Assembly (NCBI GenBank): GCA_951406725.2
Contig: OX597826.1
Span: 3,782,001-3,846,000, forward strand
Direction of reading: 5' to 3'
Length of the DNA: 64,000 bases
Origin: Octopus vulgaris
Lineage: Eukaryota
Below, piece after piece: positions 26,694 through 42,374 of the stretch. Under the pieces are notes generated by a model. The model was given only the letters and a program-made list of their open reading frames with translations. It was not told where the DNA came from and ran no database searches. A program made the translations under genes and the position numbers. The stretch's first letter is position 1. Each line of letters opens with the position of its first letter.

Positions 26694-27669
26694 ATGCACT
26701 CACACACACATTCATATATAAACAATTGCTATCTGAAGGATACTAAACTAAGCTAATCTTCCAGAATATTTACAATTTCTGCAAACTGAGCATCGAAGCC
26801 ATTCTTACCAACACCATAACCGCCCAGCCACACATATCAACCATCCATCCATGCCACCACCCTCTAAGACTAACCAATCAACGTACGAGATATGTCTTTC
26901 AAAAAAAAAATATCAATAAATAAATAAATAAAACCTACATGCCATCGTATAACTAAAAGCTGTCTAAATAAATAGATGAGGAAAGAATAACAGACACATC
27001 TTAAGCGAAGTTGGACGATGTAAAAGACATCAACTTAATGTAAGGAAAGAAAAGGGTCTCCTTTAAAATGAGAATCTGGAGCAATCGGAATATTTCTCTG
27101 CCAGTTGTTTATAATGTAACTTACTATCTGGCAATGTTGAATTGTAATTCCTATGTAGCAGGGCGTGGGGGGGGGGAAGGCACTATAGATGTTACTTGAA
27201 GACATGCCAGTTTGGCTGACATTTGGCCGGCGTTTATTTTCATACACATTTATATATGTACATTGATATTTACGTATACGTATAAAGGGTACAAACACAT
27301 AAAATTATAAAGGAGGGTACGTGTGTATTTGTATCTGTTTGTATTTATATGTGTCTACTACGATTCTGTGTGTGTGAGTGGGTGTGTGTGTGTGTGTGTG
27401 CCTGTCGCTATGAGTACGCGTGTAAGTGATCACGTGTATGTTCGTCTACTCGAAGCTAAAGCATTACACTGTCGCTAATAGCGACGCAGTGTAAAGGTTT
27501 AACTAAGGACATATGAATAAATAAACTCTACTTAATGTTTTGAGTACTCTGTTGTTCACTTTTATAAACCCAAATGTGTGTATTTGAGAATGTATAAATA
27601 TGGATATCTTTATACGCGCACGCACAAATATTCATGCAAACATACACATGCATATATACATACATACAT

Positions 27670-27720
<51 letters not shown>

Positions 27721-27961
27721 TACATATATATACATATATATATATGTATATTTATATATATACATATATATATATATATACAGGTACACATATATATACA
27801 TCTATAAAACTATCTGTCTATCTATCTATCTATCTATATATATATATGAATATATATATACATACATATATATATATATATATATATCAGGTAATGACCG
27901 ACTTTTTAGATAATTTTAGATAGAATTTTTTTAAATTGTATCTTTTGTCAGTATATATATG

Positions 27962-27999
<38 letters not shown>

Positions 28000-29553
28000 C
28001 ATATATATATATATACACACATACATGTATACATATACATGTGATTGCATTCTTACTTACATATGTATATATGTGTATTTATATATATAATTGTGTATGT
28101 ATATGTATGCGTGGATGTGTATGTATGTATGTTTGTACGTATAAAAACATCCCAAGCAATTATTCCGTGTTCAGCCCAGTTTGGACTATTCATAACTAAG
28201 CGTAAACATAAGTGAGAAAACTCAGCCTGGGCGAAACTCGTAGAACGTGCAACTTCAATATGATTAGCATGCTATACCACTTCCTCTCACAACAAATTGA
28301 GCCCTACATTGCATAACTTTTTCCCCCTATAAAATAGATCTTTTGATGGACATTCGAAATCTGACAATGTGCTGTACATATACAAACGTTTGTGCATAAG
28401 CGTATTTGTATATATATTGTATATATATCCATGTATATATGTGTGTATGTGTATGTGCATGTTTATATACATGTGTACACGCATTATATTAATCGTTTAT
28501 ACGTTTCGGCCTGAAGACTATGGACATGCTGGTGCACAGCTAGTAAGCGCAAGTTGCGTCCGCTGAGACTTGAACTGGACCTACTCGCATAGGAGGTGAG
28601 CTTACTACTACTCTGCGCGCGCGTGTGTGTGTGTTTGTGTGTATGTGTGTGTGTGTGTACGCATGCGCGCGAATATAACTGGTTGCACACATACTTACAT
28701 ACATATACATGAACACATATGCACGGAGAAGGCACCTACTTTTTGATATGGATGATGTCTCTACGACACTCGTTCTTTAAACAATTCTAAGTTGTCTACG
28801 ACCAGAATTTTGCCTAATTCACGTTTCTTCCATCAATACTTCAACATATGCGGTGCAGACTACGCTCCGCTGACGCCGCACAACACTGTCAAAGCATCTC
28901 CTGAGATTAACGTATTAGTAAGAATAATTAAAATTTCAATGGTTATCTATTATTGCTGTTTATGTTACTTAACGGAAGGTTATTTCTTCGTAGCTTTTTA
29001 ATGTATTTGGCTTTAAATATGTTAACACTAATTCAACAAATAAATAGTTCAGCAACATTGTGTCTTTATTGCCCAAGTTTTCAATACATTTTAGTGAAGT
29101 TTCACCCTCTTACAGCTAACATTTGTGTATCTTTGCTCTTGGGTCTCAGCTGAGGAGAACGAAAGTACTAAGTGACATGGCATATGTTCGGATACATAAA
29201 ACTTGTTTTCACTTACGTAGAACACATTCCAAACGATTCTGTCAGTGGTACAATTGGAAGAAAAATGGTTGTTGAGTTCATTCTGATAATGATTACATTA
29301 ATACTATTTGTGGTATGTAACAGAATATATTGAAGATGATAATGATGATGATGATGATAAAGAGGAGGAGAATGATACTGGAGACGGTGAAAATAAACGA
29401 CATTAATAGAAATGCTACTATGATGTAAATAGTATTCCGGCTGTTTGGCTTAATGATCGGACTAATGATCAAAGATATACCTCCCTGGACCACATTTCTT
29501 GAGCTGTATAAACACATACACATACATTTATAAAAATGATATCTATCTATCTA

Positions 29554-29652
<99 letters not shown>

Positions 29653-29673
29653 GTATATATATATATGTACATG

Positions 29674-29755
<82 letters not shown>

Positions 29756-30029
29756 TATAAATATATATATAGCGTGTGCAGTAAGTTTCCCCCGCAGTAA
29801 GTATTTTTCATCTTGAATCTCCAACATGTACTTCAAAACATATAAAGAGCAGTCAACTTTTTTGAAAATGAAGGACGACACTGTCGGCAATTCTTATAAT
29901 TTTTTTGTTTTGTTTTTAGAGTCTTCTAAAGTCTAATATATTCTTTTGCAGTCTTATACCATCTTATAAATATTTATTCTGCAAGAAAATACTGCGGAGA
30001 GACTTTTTGAATACTCTGTATACATACAT

Positions 30030-30101
<72 letters not shown>

Positions 30102-30655
30102 GTATGTGTGTGTGTATATATATAATATATATATACATATATATATATATGCATACGTACAAATATATAAACCAAGATAGTATTATATGGGTGTGCGTGT
30201 TTGTGTGTGTTTGTGTGTCTGCATAGAAGAGTTGTCCGATATTTCCTTGTATTAACACTACTGAGACCAATGGGGAATTTTATTGGTGATAATGGAATTA
30301 CTGGAAACAATTTTGATGCGGTTCTAATAGTGGTACTGCGCTAATCTTAGATTAGTATTGGAAGGAATATGTTGATATTAATATGGGGGGGGGGGGTCGG
30401 GCGGTATGTCTAATGGTGCAAATGCTAGTGTTGTAGTAGTAACGGTATGGTAGTTTGAGCAGTATACTGTTCGTCTTAAAAGCATAATAATGGTATAAAA
30501 GTTGTTCTAGTATTGTAATATTGACAGTAATTTGCTGGTGAAAACTATGCTTTGTATATTAGTTTATTATATTTAGTCATGACTTTGAAAAGATACCATT
30601 GGCGGCAGAGGAAGTATATTCCGATTTCGTATGAGTAATAATAATAATAATAATG

Positions 30656-30701
<46 letters not shown>

Positions 30702-30718
30702 TAATAGTAATAATAATA

Positions 30719-31043
30719 TATGTTCCTGTTATTGTAGGTGCCTTAACTATGATAAAAAGGGGATGAGGAACATCTAGATAACATCCCAGGAGAACCATAT
30801 GTCAGAGAAGTCCAAAAGATTGTACTTACAAGTACTGTACTACCAACGTCCTTCGAAAAATGCTATCCATTTAAATATCTATGTTGTATTACCTGAAGAT
30901 ATTTCGCTACTGCACTGCCTCTTCCTCTCTCCAAATTTTCAGTTATATTCTAACATTTCATATCGTTCAATCACCCTACAACGCTGACTGTCTCTCAGCA
31001 AATGATTGTAACAAATATACTGTTCCATAGCTCGCCGCCATAC
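30719..31043 (+). mobile_element. R4/Dong-type restriction-endonuclease (RLE) LINE, extreme 3' fragment, in a (TAA)n tract
   Basis: VPVIVGALTMIKRG/EHLDNIPGEPYVREVQKIVLTST..VLRKMLSI*, flanked on both sides by (TAA)n. Confidence 0.7.
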
Positions 31044-31109
<66 letters not shown>

Positions 31110-31110
<1 letters not shown>

Positions 31111-31490
31111 CAAACAGTGGCTCTCATGGCTTCTGATCTTAACTGATTGGAAGTGTCATCATGTACATTGTTTTGTCTTGGTATAAAAGATGGGCTACAG
31201 CAAATATTCTGCTCAAAACCACAGATTTGCTTGTCAGTTGTTTAACCGTAACCAGTTGAGCATGTCCCTTAGTGGCTGAAGATATGTGCATCTCTGATCA
31301 CAAGCAGAAGTAGTGGGGCAGCATCATAGCCATGTGTTGAAAGGAATTCTTGCAGGTTTGGATAATTCACATTTGGAAACATGGGTGGTTCATTTAACAT
31401 CCTTATTCAGGGACCTTTTGAGCGTGATGGGCTACTCGACAAGAAGAAAATTCTAACTGGGCCCCACCTGCAAGGTGATGCGGCATATTA
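31110..31490 (-). mobile_element. Probable retroelement 3' segment ending in a (TTA)n tail
   Basis: Non-simple sequence abutting the (TAA)n tract in the opposite orientation. It resembles a common octopus interspersed repeat from recollection only; unverified. Confidence 0.35.
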
Positions 31491-31694
31491 TTCTCTCAGT
31501 TTGAAGCATTTATTGCAGAAGCCCTTTAAAAGAATTCGAAAGGTTGGATCCCCAACCGAGCCTTTCGGATACCTTTAAACCGAAGAACTTTCCAACACCT
31601 CGTCATAAGTAACACCTGCAGTAATATTTCTAGTAGTGTTAATACTACCACGAATATTAGCAGTAACGGTAGTAGTGGTGGTGTTAGTGTTAGA

Positions 31695-31752
<58 letters not shown>

Positions 31753-32500
31753 CAACCATCATCATCAAAACCACCACCACCACCAGAATCACCAGCAGTA
31801 GTTGTAGTAATAGTAGTATTCGTAGTTGCCTGGTAGTAGTAGTAGTAATGGCGATGACGTCGACGTAATGAGGGGCAGAATATTTAATGCAAGATGGCGA
31901 TGTGAATGGAGTGTTATCATTGATAGAAGTTGCGTTTGCAGTGGTGGTGGTGGTGACGGTGCTGGTAGTGTTGGTTGTTGTTGCTGTTGTGGCGGTGATT
32001 GTGGCGGTGGTCGTTCGTAGTTGTTATTGTAGTGGTGGTGGTGGTGGTGGTGGTGGTGGTGGTGGTGGTGGTGGTGGTGGTGGTGGCGGCGTTAGTTTGA
32101 TAGAAGAGCTAATAGTGATGATGGTCACGAAGACGATGGTTGTACGCAGTGGTGGATGGTGGTGGATGATGGTCTCTGCAAAAAAACCGGTGATAGTCAC
32201 GCTGATAGTAGCAGCGGGTAGCGGTGACCGTGGCGGTGGAGACGATGATGATGATGGGGGGTGTAGGGGGAGGTGTAGGCGGAGGTGGATGGCGGTGATC
32301 AGTTTAAGCAGTGGTGCAAGAGCGGTACTGGTAGTGAGGGTGGAAGTAGCAGTGTTGGCGGTGGTTCATGAAAAGCGGACGGATGAAAAGAGCCTACTTA
32401 AAATACGCAGACTGTATTTATTATGTCGGAATAGATTGACAATCTCTAAAAGGTTACAACAACAACTACAAAAGCAACAACAACAACAACAACAACAACA

Positions 32501-32537
<37 letters not shown>

Positions 32538-32787
32538 TTGCTGCTCCTGCTGCCGCCGCTGCTGCTATTCCTATTACTATTACTACGTGAACAACAAAAC
32601 CAACAATAGCTGGCCGCAACAACAGAAACAAGAAGAGAAAAACAAAGAACATAGTAAAATAAGCAAAAATTTCGGTACAAGTTTCAAGCGTAGTCTCGAC
32701 GTCCTAGCAATAGCAGTGAACTCTCCCTGCGTACTCATTCTTTCTACAAGGTCATCCCAAGTAGACTTGACCGAGCGGTAAAATAGA

Positions 32788-33458
32788 AGGCACAAATTTT
32801 AACCAGCAGGGACAAGGGACAGCTCCTGGATGTTTCGATCGATAGGCACATAGTGAAAGTAGGTCCAGCCATTTTTAACAACTAAGGACAAGTGACAGCT
32901 TCTGGATGTTTTCAGCTGATTTCCAGCACCTGGTTGTTTTCACTGATAGGCCCCAATTTAAGCGTAGGTCCATCCACTTTAGCCACCATGTGCAAATGAC
33001 AGCTCTTGGATGTTTTTAATTGATTTCATGCTACTAGAGCGTGGTCTGCGGGGTCACTCCGAAAAGCTCTATCTACGACGATTTGATCTCAATCGAAGGA
33101 GAGGGGCTTTCTCCGTCCGGGTTGCGGATCCATGGAATAAGCTGCCGGACGAGATAGTGAAGATGCCGACGACCGCTCGGTTCAAAGTTTCTCTTGACTA
33201 GAAATGGCCTGAACTCTTTGTATGACCACCCTCCCTGTACATAACTCCCTGTCCCCCTACATGGCCTTGATTTTGCTTTTTGAGCCAATAAAATTGAATT
33301 GAATTGAATTGAAAATTTGATCAATAGACACATACTGAGCGTAAGTCCATCCATGGGCCAGTGACATCTCCTGAATTTTTTTTCTATTGATTTCCAGCTC
33401 CTGGATGTTTTGATCAATAGGCACATATTGAGAGCAGTTCCATTCATTTTGACCATCG
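32788..33458. repeat. Diverged minisatellite (CAGCTCCTGGATGTTTT..GATAGGCACA..GTAGGTCCA units)
   Basis: Motif recurs at ~32820, 32897, 32925, 33000, 33365 and 33394; interrupted by a CR1 fragment. Confidence 0.8.
33028..33313 (+). mobile_element. CR1-group LINE 3' end with (AATTG)n tail
   Basis: LRGHSEKL..RRGAFSVRVADPWNKLPDEIV..RFKVSLD matches the CR1 ORF2 C-terminal motif; short 3' UTR, AATAAA and (AATTG)n tail. Confidence 0.85.
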
Positions 33459-34849
33459 GGGAATTCACTTCTAAGTACAACTTGAAAGTGCTGATGAAGG
33501 CATGAACGAAGTAGAAACTATCTGTCAACAAACCTTTTTAAGCTTCGCCATCCATAGCCTCCAGATAAAACAGGCTGTTCTACGTAGGTGTACAGTTCAG
33601 TTTGTTGAGAAACCATATAGAACACATGTAATTACTACTACTACTAATACTACTACTACTACTGCAACTAGTACAGCTACTTATGTTGCTACTGCTGCTG
33701 ATACTGCCACTACTACCATTAATGATAACGGTGATGATGACGGTGGTGGTGGCTGGATGTAAACGACTTACTCCTTCCTCTTAATTGCTGGCCTTGTACC
33801 AAAATTTGTAACCAATTATAATAACAACAACAACAACCAGAATACCAACAAAAACACAACAAAAATACTGACAATAATAACTTTCTCATTGTCAGACACA
33901 ATACACGTTAATAGATAGAATAACGAAGTGTGGGAGATACACTATATAAAGTTGTAGAACACGAGGGAATGGGCTATGTCCTTAAACGATGAACGGTTAA
34001 AACTTGTGAATGAAGAGTAGATATAAAATGATCTAATTTTGTTAAAATATAATTTCAAAAAGTAACATGAAAAAACGTTTAGGATTACCACTCTTTCACG
34101 TTTCAGAGCCACCCTTTAACTAAGCCCAGAACTCTCCATGACACTGAATCCCTACCAGTCTTAGAAACTGCTATACACAAAAGCAACCTTCTCCGCTCAC
34201 TAAAAATAATTATAAAAATTTAGAGATGTTGCATTTCCTTACAATATCGGAACCATATCCTTCTTGTTCAACTCTACCACGCCCTCTCTCTTATTTCAGC
34301 TTGTTTATTTCTTTTATGAAGACGACATTTGTTTTGAGAAACATTGAGAAATTCTATTCTATGCGTGAGAAAATTCACTTTTACTCATACATTTTGTTTG
34401 CCTCATATTGGGTATGTATTATTTCATTCGGGTTTCCTTGACTTTTCTTTCTTATTGTCTACAATAATGTTCACACCCTACTCTTAATATATACGCGTTA
34501 ATCAAAAATGACAGAATGGTGCTACAGTTTATGGCTGCAAAACAAGGATGATTCCTGGATATGTCGACGCGGTGATTACTTTCGACTTTCGGAACCTCAT
34601 ATATTTCTCTTCCCTTATCAGCTGATTTTGCAAAATGCTTAAGCTGGTTGTTTTTTCTGATCCTATTTATCTTACATGTACAAAAATGTTTTGTATGATC
34701 TTCCGTGGCTCATGAAAGGGTGGTTTTTCAGTCCTGAAAGATGAGATATAATGCCTTTTCCTCAGCACCCGCAAATGCCTCACATCCAGAATTTTTACGT
34801 GGTTTTGTGCGGTCATAACATATTTATGTATGAAGTACTAACTGATACA

Positions 34850-35230
34850 GACTATTTGTTCCGTTCTTAATGTTAAAATGAACATGTACAATACGATTAG
34901 TTCTGCTCCAATCAAAGACATCTCACCCCACGTGTCCACGGTGCATTTAAGTTTTCCGATAGCGCAAGTTAGTTTCAATGGCTGTGGAAATGCTAACGAA
35001 GATCAATGTTCTTCCCTCACTCATTTTTACGCGAGCTTCACGAAAAAAAACAGCTCTTGTTTTTGTCACACAATGCTGCCATAGCGAATCGTTTTCTCCC
35101 ACAGACATCAATGATTTCAATTGCGGGGCACCTGACATGTTAGCATTTTTAGATGCAAAACCTCGTTGCACCTTGACGTCCTGCTTGTGACTTGGGCGCA
35201 TCTCGTATAAATTAAAGCAAATGCAAAGCA
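34850..35230 (-). pseudogene. Possible highly decayed hAT transposase fragment
   Basis: QRGFASKNANMSGA..LWQHCV..KLKCTVDTW is loosely collinear with hAT RGQGYDGAxNMSG..HC..TRW. Weak. Confidence 0.25.
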
Positions 35231-35363
35231 ATTAATAAAAACAGTAATGCTAATAATAATAACAGTATTAATATTAATAATGATAATGATGATAATAATA
35301 ATAATAATAACGATGATGATGATAATGATGATAATAATAATAATAATGGTAATGATGATGATG

Positions 35364-35431
<68 letters not shown>

Positions 35432-35434
<3 letters not shown>

Positions 35435-36430
35435 GCGTACGTTTTGAGCACGGGAGCTTAATGTGATATTTGTCCCAAAATAAGGAAACCTTGCTTGTGT
35501 CAGTTAGGAATAAGGGAGTATTCAACGCAGAGAAAAAAAAGGGGGAAACAAAGGAAGAAGTACAAAAAGAACATGAAAAAGCTTTACGCAACCAGAGACG
35601 ACAAAACGAATTCTGTGTGGCTATTACTGAAGTTGCTGGAAAACAAAAGTGGAATTGGCTGAAGAAAGAAACACGGAAAAAAAGAGACTGAGAACATTAC
35701 TGGCAGCGCAATACCAATCTTTGGACATGAAGTGGAGGATCAACTTTAGGAATGAGAAAGTTTCTCCGCGGTGCTGCATCTGTAATAAAGTGGACGAAAC
35801 CATTGCCCATATCACGACTGAATGCTCTAGGCTTGCCCCAAGATCTCTACAAGTTGTGGCAACTCGATGAGGTAGCGAATGTGATGCACTGGAAAATGTG
35901 TAAAAAGTGGGAGGTTCGAGATAGGCAAGACGTGGTATGAGAACAAACCGCGATGAGTGCGGAATTGAAAACTTTGAAAATCCTTTGTGATCTCTCAATC
36001 GAAAGAGATCAGGTGCTAGAGCATAACAAACCGAACCTAGAACCACGTATGCTATATAGTTGATGTTGCGTGCCCCTTTGACCTACGAGTAGTGAAGAAG
36101 GATAGCGAAAAAATAGATATATGCAATCTTAAGTAGAAATTGCCCGGCTATGGACAATGAAGATAGTGGCAATAGTGATAGTTATTGGTGGGTCCTTGCG
36201 TACAGTGTCAGAAAGTATCAAGAAGAATATAAAGAAAATCAGAATAAAGTACCCAGAATAGAGCACCCAAGTCTTACAAAAGTTTTGCCTCCTTGGCACG
36301 ACCAGAATAATCAGGAAGGTATTTGATAGTTGAAACGAACTGATATTATGGTACCGTAGGCTGCAGGCAGCAAACCCACAACGCATACGTGTCTGCAGCA
36401 AATTTTAAAAAATCCTGAGAAAACATAAAA
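35432..36430 (+). mobile_element. R4/Dong-type RLE LINE 3' fragment (CCHC knuckle and RLE domain) in a (TAA)n tract
   Basis: KWNWLKK..LAAQYQSL..PRCCICNKVDETIAHITTECSRLA..VMHWKMCKKW..IVDVACPFD..VEIARLW..LQKFCLLGTTRIIRKVF*, with many frameshifts; (TAA)n on both flanks. Confidence 0.85.
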
Positions 36431-36967
36431 ATAATAATAATGATAATAATAATAAAAGAAGAAGAAGAAGAAGAAGAAGAAGAAGAAGAAGAAGAAGAAG
36501 AAGAAGAAGAAGAAGAAGAAGAAGAAGAAGAAGAAGAAGAAGAAGAAGGTAATGATGATGATGGTTTCGAACACAGGACAAAGTCAGAAAGTTCAGAGTA
36601 GAAGAATAATGGATATAAAATTATTCTAAATTGTGAGTGGTTCATTCTTGTGTCGAACGCGGATTGATGAATAACGAAGTGTCTCTCAGCAGCTTTGACC
36701 TCCAGCTTTGAACATAGAAAAAAAAATAACGAAGAATGCCGCTAGAGAATTTACCCGGCGAAACACAATTACTACAAGACAAAACAATCATAGTTAGTAA
36801 TACTAGTACTAACAGCGCTCCATCTCTCATTAACGCTGACGCTGTCACTACTACCATGACGAGTACTTCGACGACGACGACGACTGTTGCGAAACGGTAC
36901 TGGCGAGACTGACCACTAACATCACCACTAACAACAGCAACAACATCTGTCTTTTGGTCATCTGCTC

Positions 36968-36985
36968 GTGCTACTGCTCCTGCTT

Positions 36986-37027
<42 letters not shown>

Positions 37028-37093
37028 AAAAAAAAAAAAAATAATAATAATAATAGTAATAATAATAATAATAATGATGATGATAATAATAAT

Positions 37094-37134
<41 letters not shown>

Positions 37135-37152
37135 TAATAATAATAATGATAA

Positions 37153-37201
<49 letters not shown>

Positions 37202-37209
37202 ACTACTAC

Positions 37210-37246
<37 letters not shown>

Positions 37247-37320
37247 ACTACTAATAATAATAATAATAATAATAATAAGAATAATAATAATAATAATAAA
37301 AATAATAATAATAATGATAA

Positions 37321-37378
<58 letters not shown>

Positions 37379-37386
37379 ACTACTAC

Positions 37387-37447
<61 letters not shown>

Positions 37448-37495
37448 AAGAAGAATAATAATAATAATAATAAAAATAATAATAATAATGATAAT

Positions 37496-37552
<57 letters not shown>

Positions 37553-37620
37553 ACTAATAATAATAATAATAATAATAAGAATAATAATAATAATAAGAAG
37601 AAGAAGAAGAATAATAATAA

Positions 37621-37662
<42 letters not shown>

Positions 37663-37788
37663 GAATAATAATAATAATAATAAAAATAATAATAATAATG
37701 ATAATAATAATACTACTACTAATAATAATAATAAGAAGAAGAAGAATAATAATAATAATAATAATAAAAATAATAATAATAATGATAA

Positions 37789-37865
<77 letters not shown>

Positions 37866-37868
37866 GAA

Positions 37869-37901
<33 letters not shown>

Positions 37902-37913
37902 GAATAATAATAA

Positions 37914-37955
<42 letters not shown>

Positions 37956-37967
37956 GAATAATAATAA

Positions 37968-37998
<31 letters not shown>

Positions 37999-38012
37999 AA
38001 TAATACTACTAC

Positions 38013-38058
<46 letters not shown>

Positions 38059-38063
38059 ACTAC

Positions 38064-38095
<32 letters not shown>

Positions 38096-38170
38096 CCACT
38101 ACTATTACTGCTGCTGCCACCAGCACGATTACTACTGCTGCTGCTGCTACTACTACTACTACCACCACAA
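36968..38170. repeat. 1.2-kb compound (AAT)n array with AAG/AAA/GAT/ACT variants
   Basis: Direct inspection; variant triplets recur in an ordered pattern. Confidence 0.95.
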
Positions 38171-38260
38171 TAACAGCAACTTCGAAGACCTTTGAGGTCA
38201 ATATGTCGCGTAAACACTAAATTTTAAATCGATATTTGTCATGTTGACCAGACAATAGAA

Positions 38261-39722
<1,462 letters not shown>

Positions 39723-39824
39723 TAAATGTATAAATATATATATATATATATATGTATGTATCTATCTATCTATCTATCTATCTATATATGTGTGTGTGTG
39801 TGTGAGTGTGTGTGTGTGTGTACA

Positions 39825-40967
39825 CTAGCTGGTCAACTCGGTAATTCCTGGGGGTAAGATGTTCTATTGAAACGCCTTATTAATCTGATATAAGAAAGCA
39901 ATTTCAATATAACTGCCACAAATGGTGTATTTTCCATAACGAAAACGTACCAAAACTGGGAGAGATTGTTGGAAGTTGGTGAGAGAGGTTGTGGGAGGTT
40001 GTCGTGGATTTTAAAGGTGAACTTTATGAAGGTCAATTTATTGAAGGTAATATATAAATGTAGTATATATGTATAGAAATATATGAATGAAGTGTTACAA
40101 GAAAGTGCAGTAATTACGTTCACACTCACTGATGGTCGCTCTCAGTAACTGCATTTAGCGTATGGAGTTCTTGTATTTATAACTATCGAATAGCAGCCAG
40201 AAGGATAGACATATTGCTGAGAACAAATGATTTCGTTCGAGGTCTGTTATATCCATTCCAGTCCCTGGTGACCTAGAAGAGGTTAGTAAGGTCGAGTGGC
40301 AAAGACATTAATCTGCTTAGCGGAGGCATCTGGGAAATGTATGACTGCTGTCATTCATAGAAAATCAATTGTTTTACTATGAGAAAAGCGTTGTTCAAGT
40401 GTTAAGTGAAATTTGGCAATTGAGGATCGAATCCACGCTTTGCCTGCATGAAGCCACTACCAATACGTTGTGGAATAAAAAATTATCTACTGTCATGGAG
40501 AAAGTGTAACTAAAAATGCATATCTATCAGCGTAATGAGCATTCAAAAAATATGTCTATAGAAATGTATGAACGAAGAGATTCAAATTAAGTAAGTGCAA
40601 TAATAAAATTTAAAAGTTCAAAATTATGAGTAGTGAAATGCAGAATTAGGTCAGCTGATCGTTGGTTCAAAGTAATCGAACATAAACAAGGAAATAGTTT
40701 ATTTCCCTTGAGAGTTTAAAAAATAATAGTGTTGGTGGTATGAGTTAATTCCCTTACGTATTTAAAAAAATACTTATATAAGGTATATATAAAGGTCCCT
40801 TTCAAGGGTCATATTATCTAGTTTTTCAACAATCTAAGTATGGCACGAGTTTTCCAGACATGAGTTCTACTCATGTATCAAGTTTCATCAAAATCAATAA
40901 AACGATAGAGGAGGAGTTACGTAACAACGCCACAAACAAGCACAAACCCCTTTTCCCACATATGTAG

Positions 40968-40968
<1 letters not shown>
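39825..40968 (-). mobile_element. Non-autonomous Helitron-like element (~1.15 kb)
   Basis: Minus strand ends ..CCCAGGAATTACCGAG..CAGCTAG|T. Near the other end, GATTTTGATGAAACTTGATACA matches GATTCTGATGAAACTTGACACA of the Helitron at 63575-63951. Flanked by microsatellites. Confidence 0.55.
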
Positions 40969-41000
<32 letters not shown>

Positions 41001-41094
41001 TAATAAAATATTAGGGAATAAATCCAAACTTACAGGGAAAAATCAGATTTAGGATTAAATCCAATTTTATAGTATAAATATATTATATTATATT

Positions 41095-41360
41095 ATATTA
41101 TAATAAATTAGAGATAAAACCACTATTAGGCAAATCAAACAATGAAAAACATAAGCCAATACATAATATTAATTTAATTTATATTATTTTAAATATATAT
41201 CAAAAGTATTAAAAGTTTAATAAAAGATAAAGAGTAAAACTTTTAATACTTTTGATATATATTTAAAATAATATAAATTAAATTAATATTATGTATTGAC
41301 TTATGTTTTTCATTGTTTGATTTGCCTAATAGTGGTTTTATCTCTAATTTATTATAATAT
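41095..41360. repeat. Near-perfect inverted repeat, 124-bp arms, 18-bp spacer
   Basis: 41095-41218 is the reverse complement of 41237-41360, with one mismatch seen. Confidence 0.95.
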
Positions 41361-41364
41361 ATAC

Positions 41365-41696
<332 letters not shown>

Positions 41697-42132
41697 GTTT
41701 GTAAAAAATATAAAACCGAATAAAAATGAACACTCTTAGATATAGAACAGTATATGACAAATATCTTTTCCAGCTCAGTATACATGTGTGTGTGTATGTG
41801 TGTGTATGTGTATATATATATTTTTGCGTGTCGCGCGTGTGTCAGTATCAGTCTAATTATGTACATATGGCTCTTCGAGTCATGTTCCTTCCATCTACTT
41901 AGCTGAAAATGAATACCAATTGATTAACGGTGGAACCTCATCTCCTCCAAGTGTCACATCGTAGGTGTTCCACTTGACTAGTTTAGGGCGTCACTATGTG
42001 CTCACTGCAACACAGACACGTAAAAAGGATTAGTATAAACGTAGTACAACTTACTCTGGTAAACTCATTTGAATTTATGTCAAAGCATTGTCCCCATTTC
42101 CCATTCTTTAACTTTAACTATATACATACATA

Positions 42133-42372
42133 GGCTCAGGAGTGGCTGTGTGGTAAGTCGCTTGATTACCAACCACATGGTTCTGGGTTCAGTCCCATTC
42201 CGCTGCACCTTGGGCAAGTGTCTCCTACTATAGCATCGGGCCGACGCTAGAGTAGATTTGGTAGACGGAAACTTAGAAACTTAAGGCGGCAAGGAGGCAG
42301 AAACGTTAGCGCGCCGAGCGAAATGCTTAGCGGTATTTTGTCTGCCGTTACGTTCTGAGTTCAAATTCCGCC
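42133..42372 (+). mobile_element. Two stacked SINE 5' halves (family C head 42133-42273, family A head 42283-42372)
   Basis: Direct match to the heads of full copies elsewhere in the window; both are 3'-truncated. Confidence 0.85.
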
Positions 42373-42374
42373 AG

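Noticed and set aside
29145-29250. CTGAGGA-GAAC-GAAAGTACTA
   Set aside because: No helix II or helix I; at most a decayed remnant.
31887-32609. 240-aa ORF with poly-G, poly-Q and poly-L
   Set aside because: Built from GGT/CAA/CTA repeats with no domain signature or clear splice context.
33485-33532. CTGATGA..GAAAC..GTC with both core boxes intact
   Set aside because: Helices I and II do not pair convincingly; kept only as a weak candidate, not called as a feature.
36958-38217. 419-aa and 401-aa ORFs (poly-L/I, poly-N)
   Set aside because: Both are readings of the (AAT)n array.
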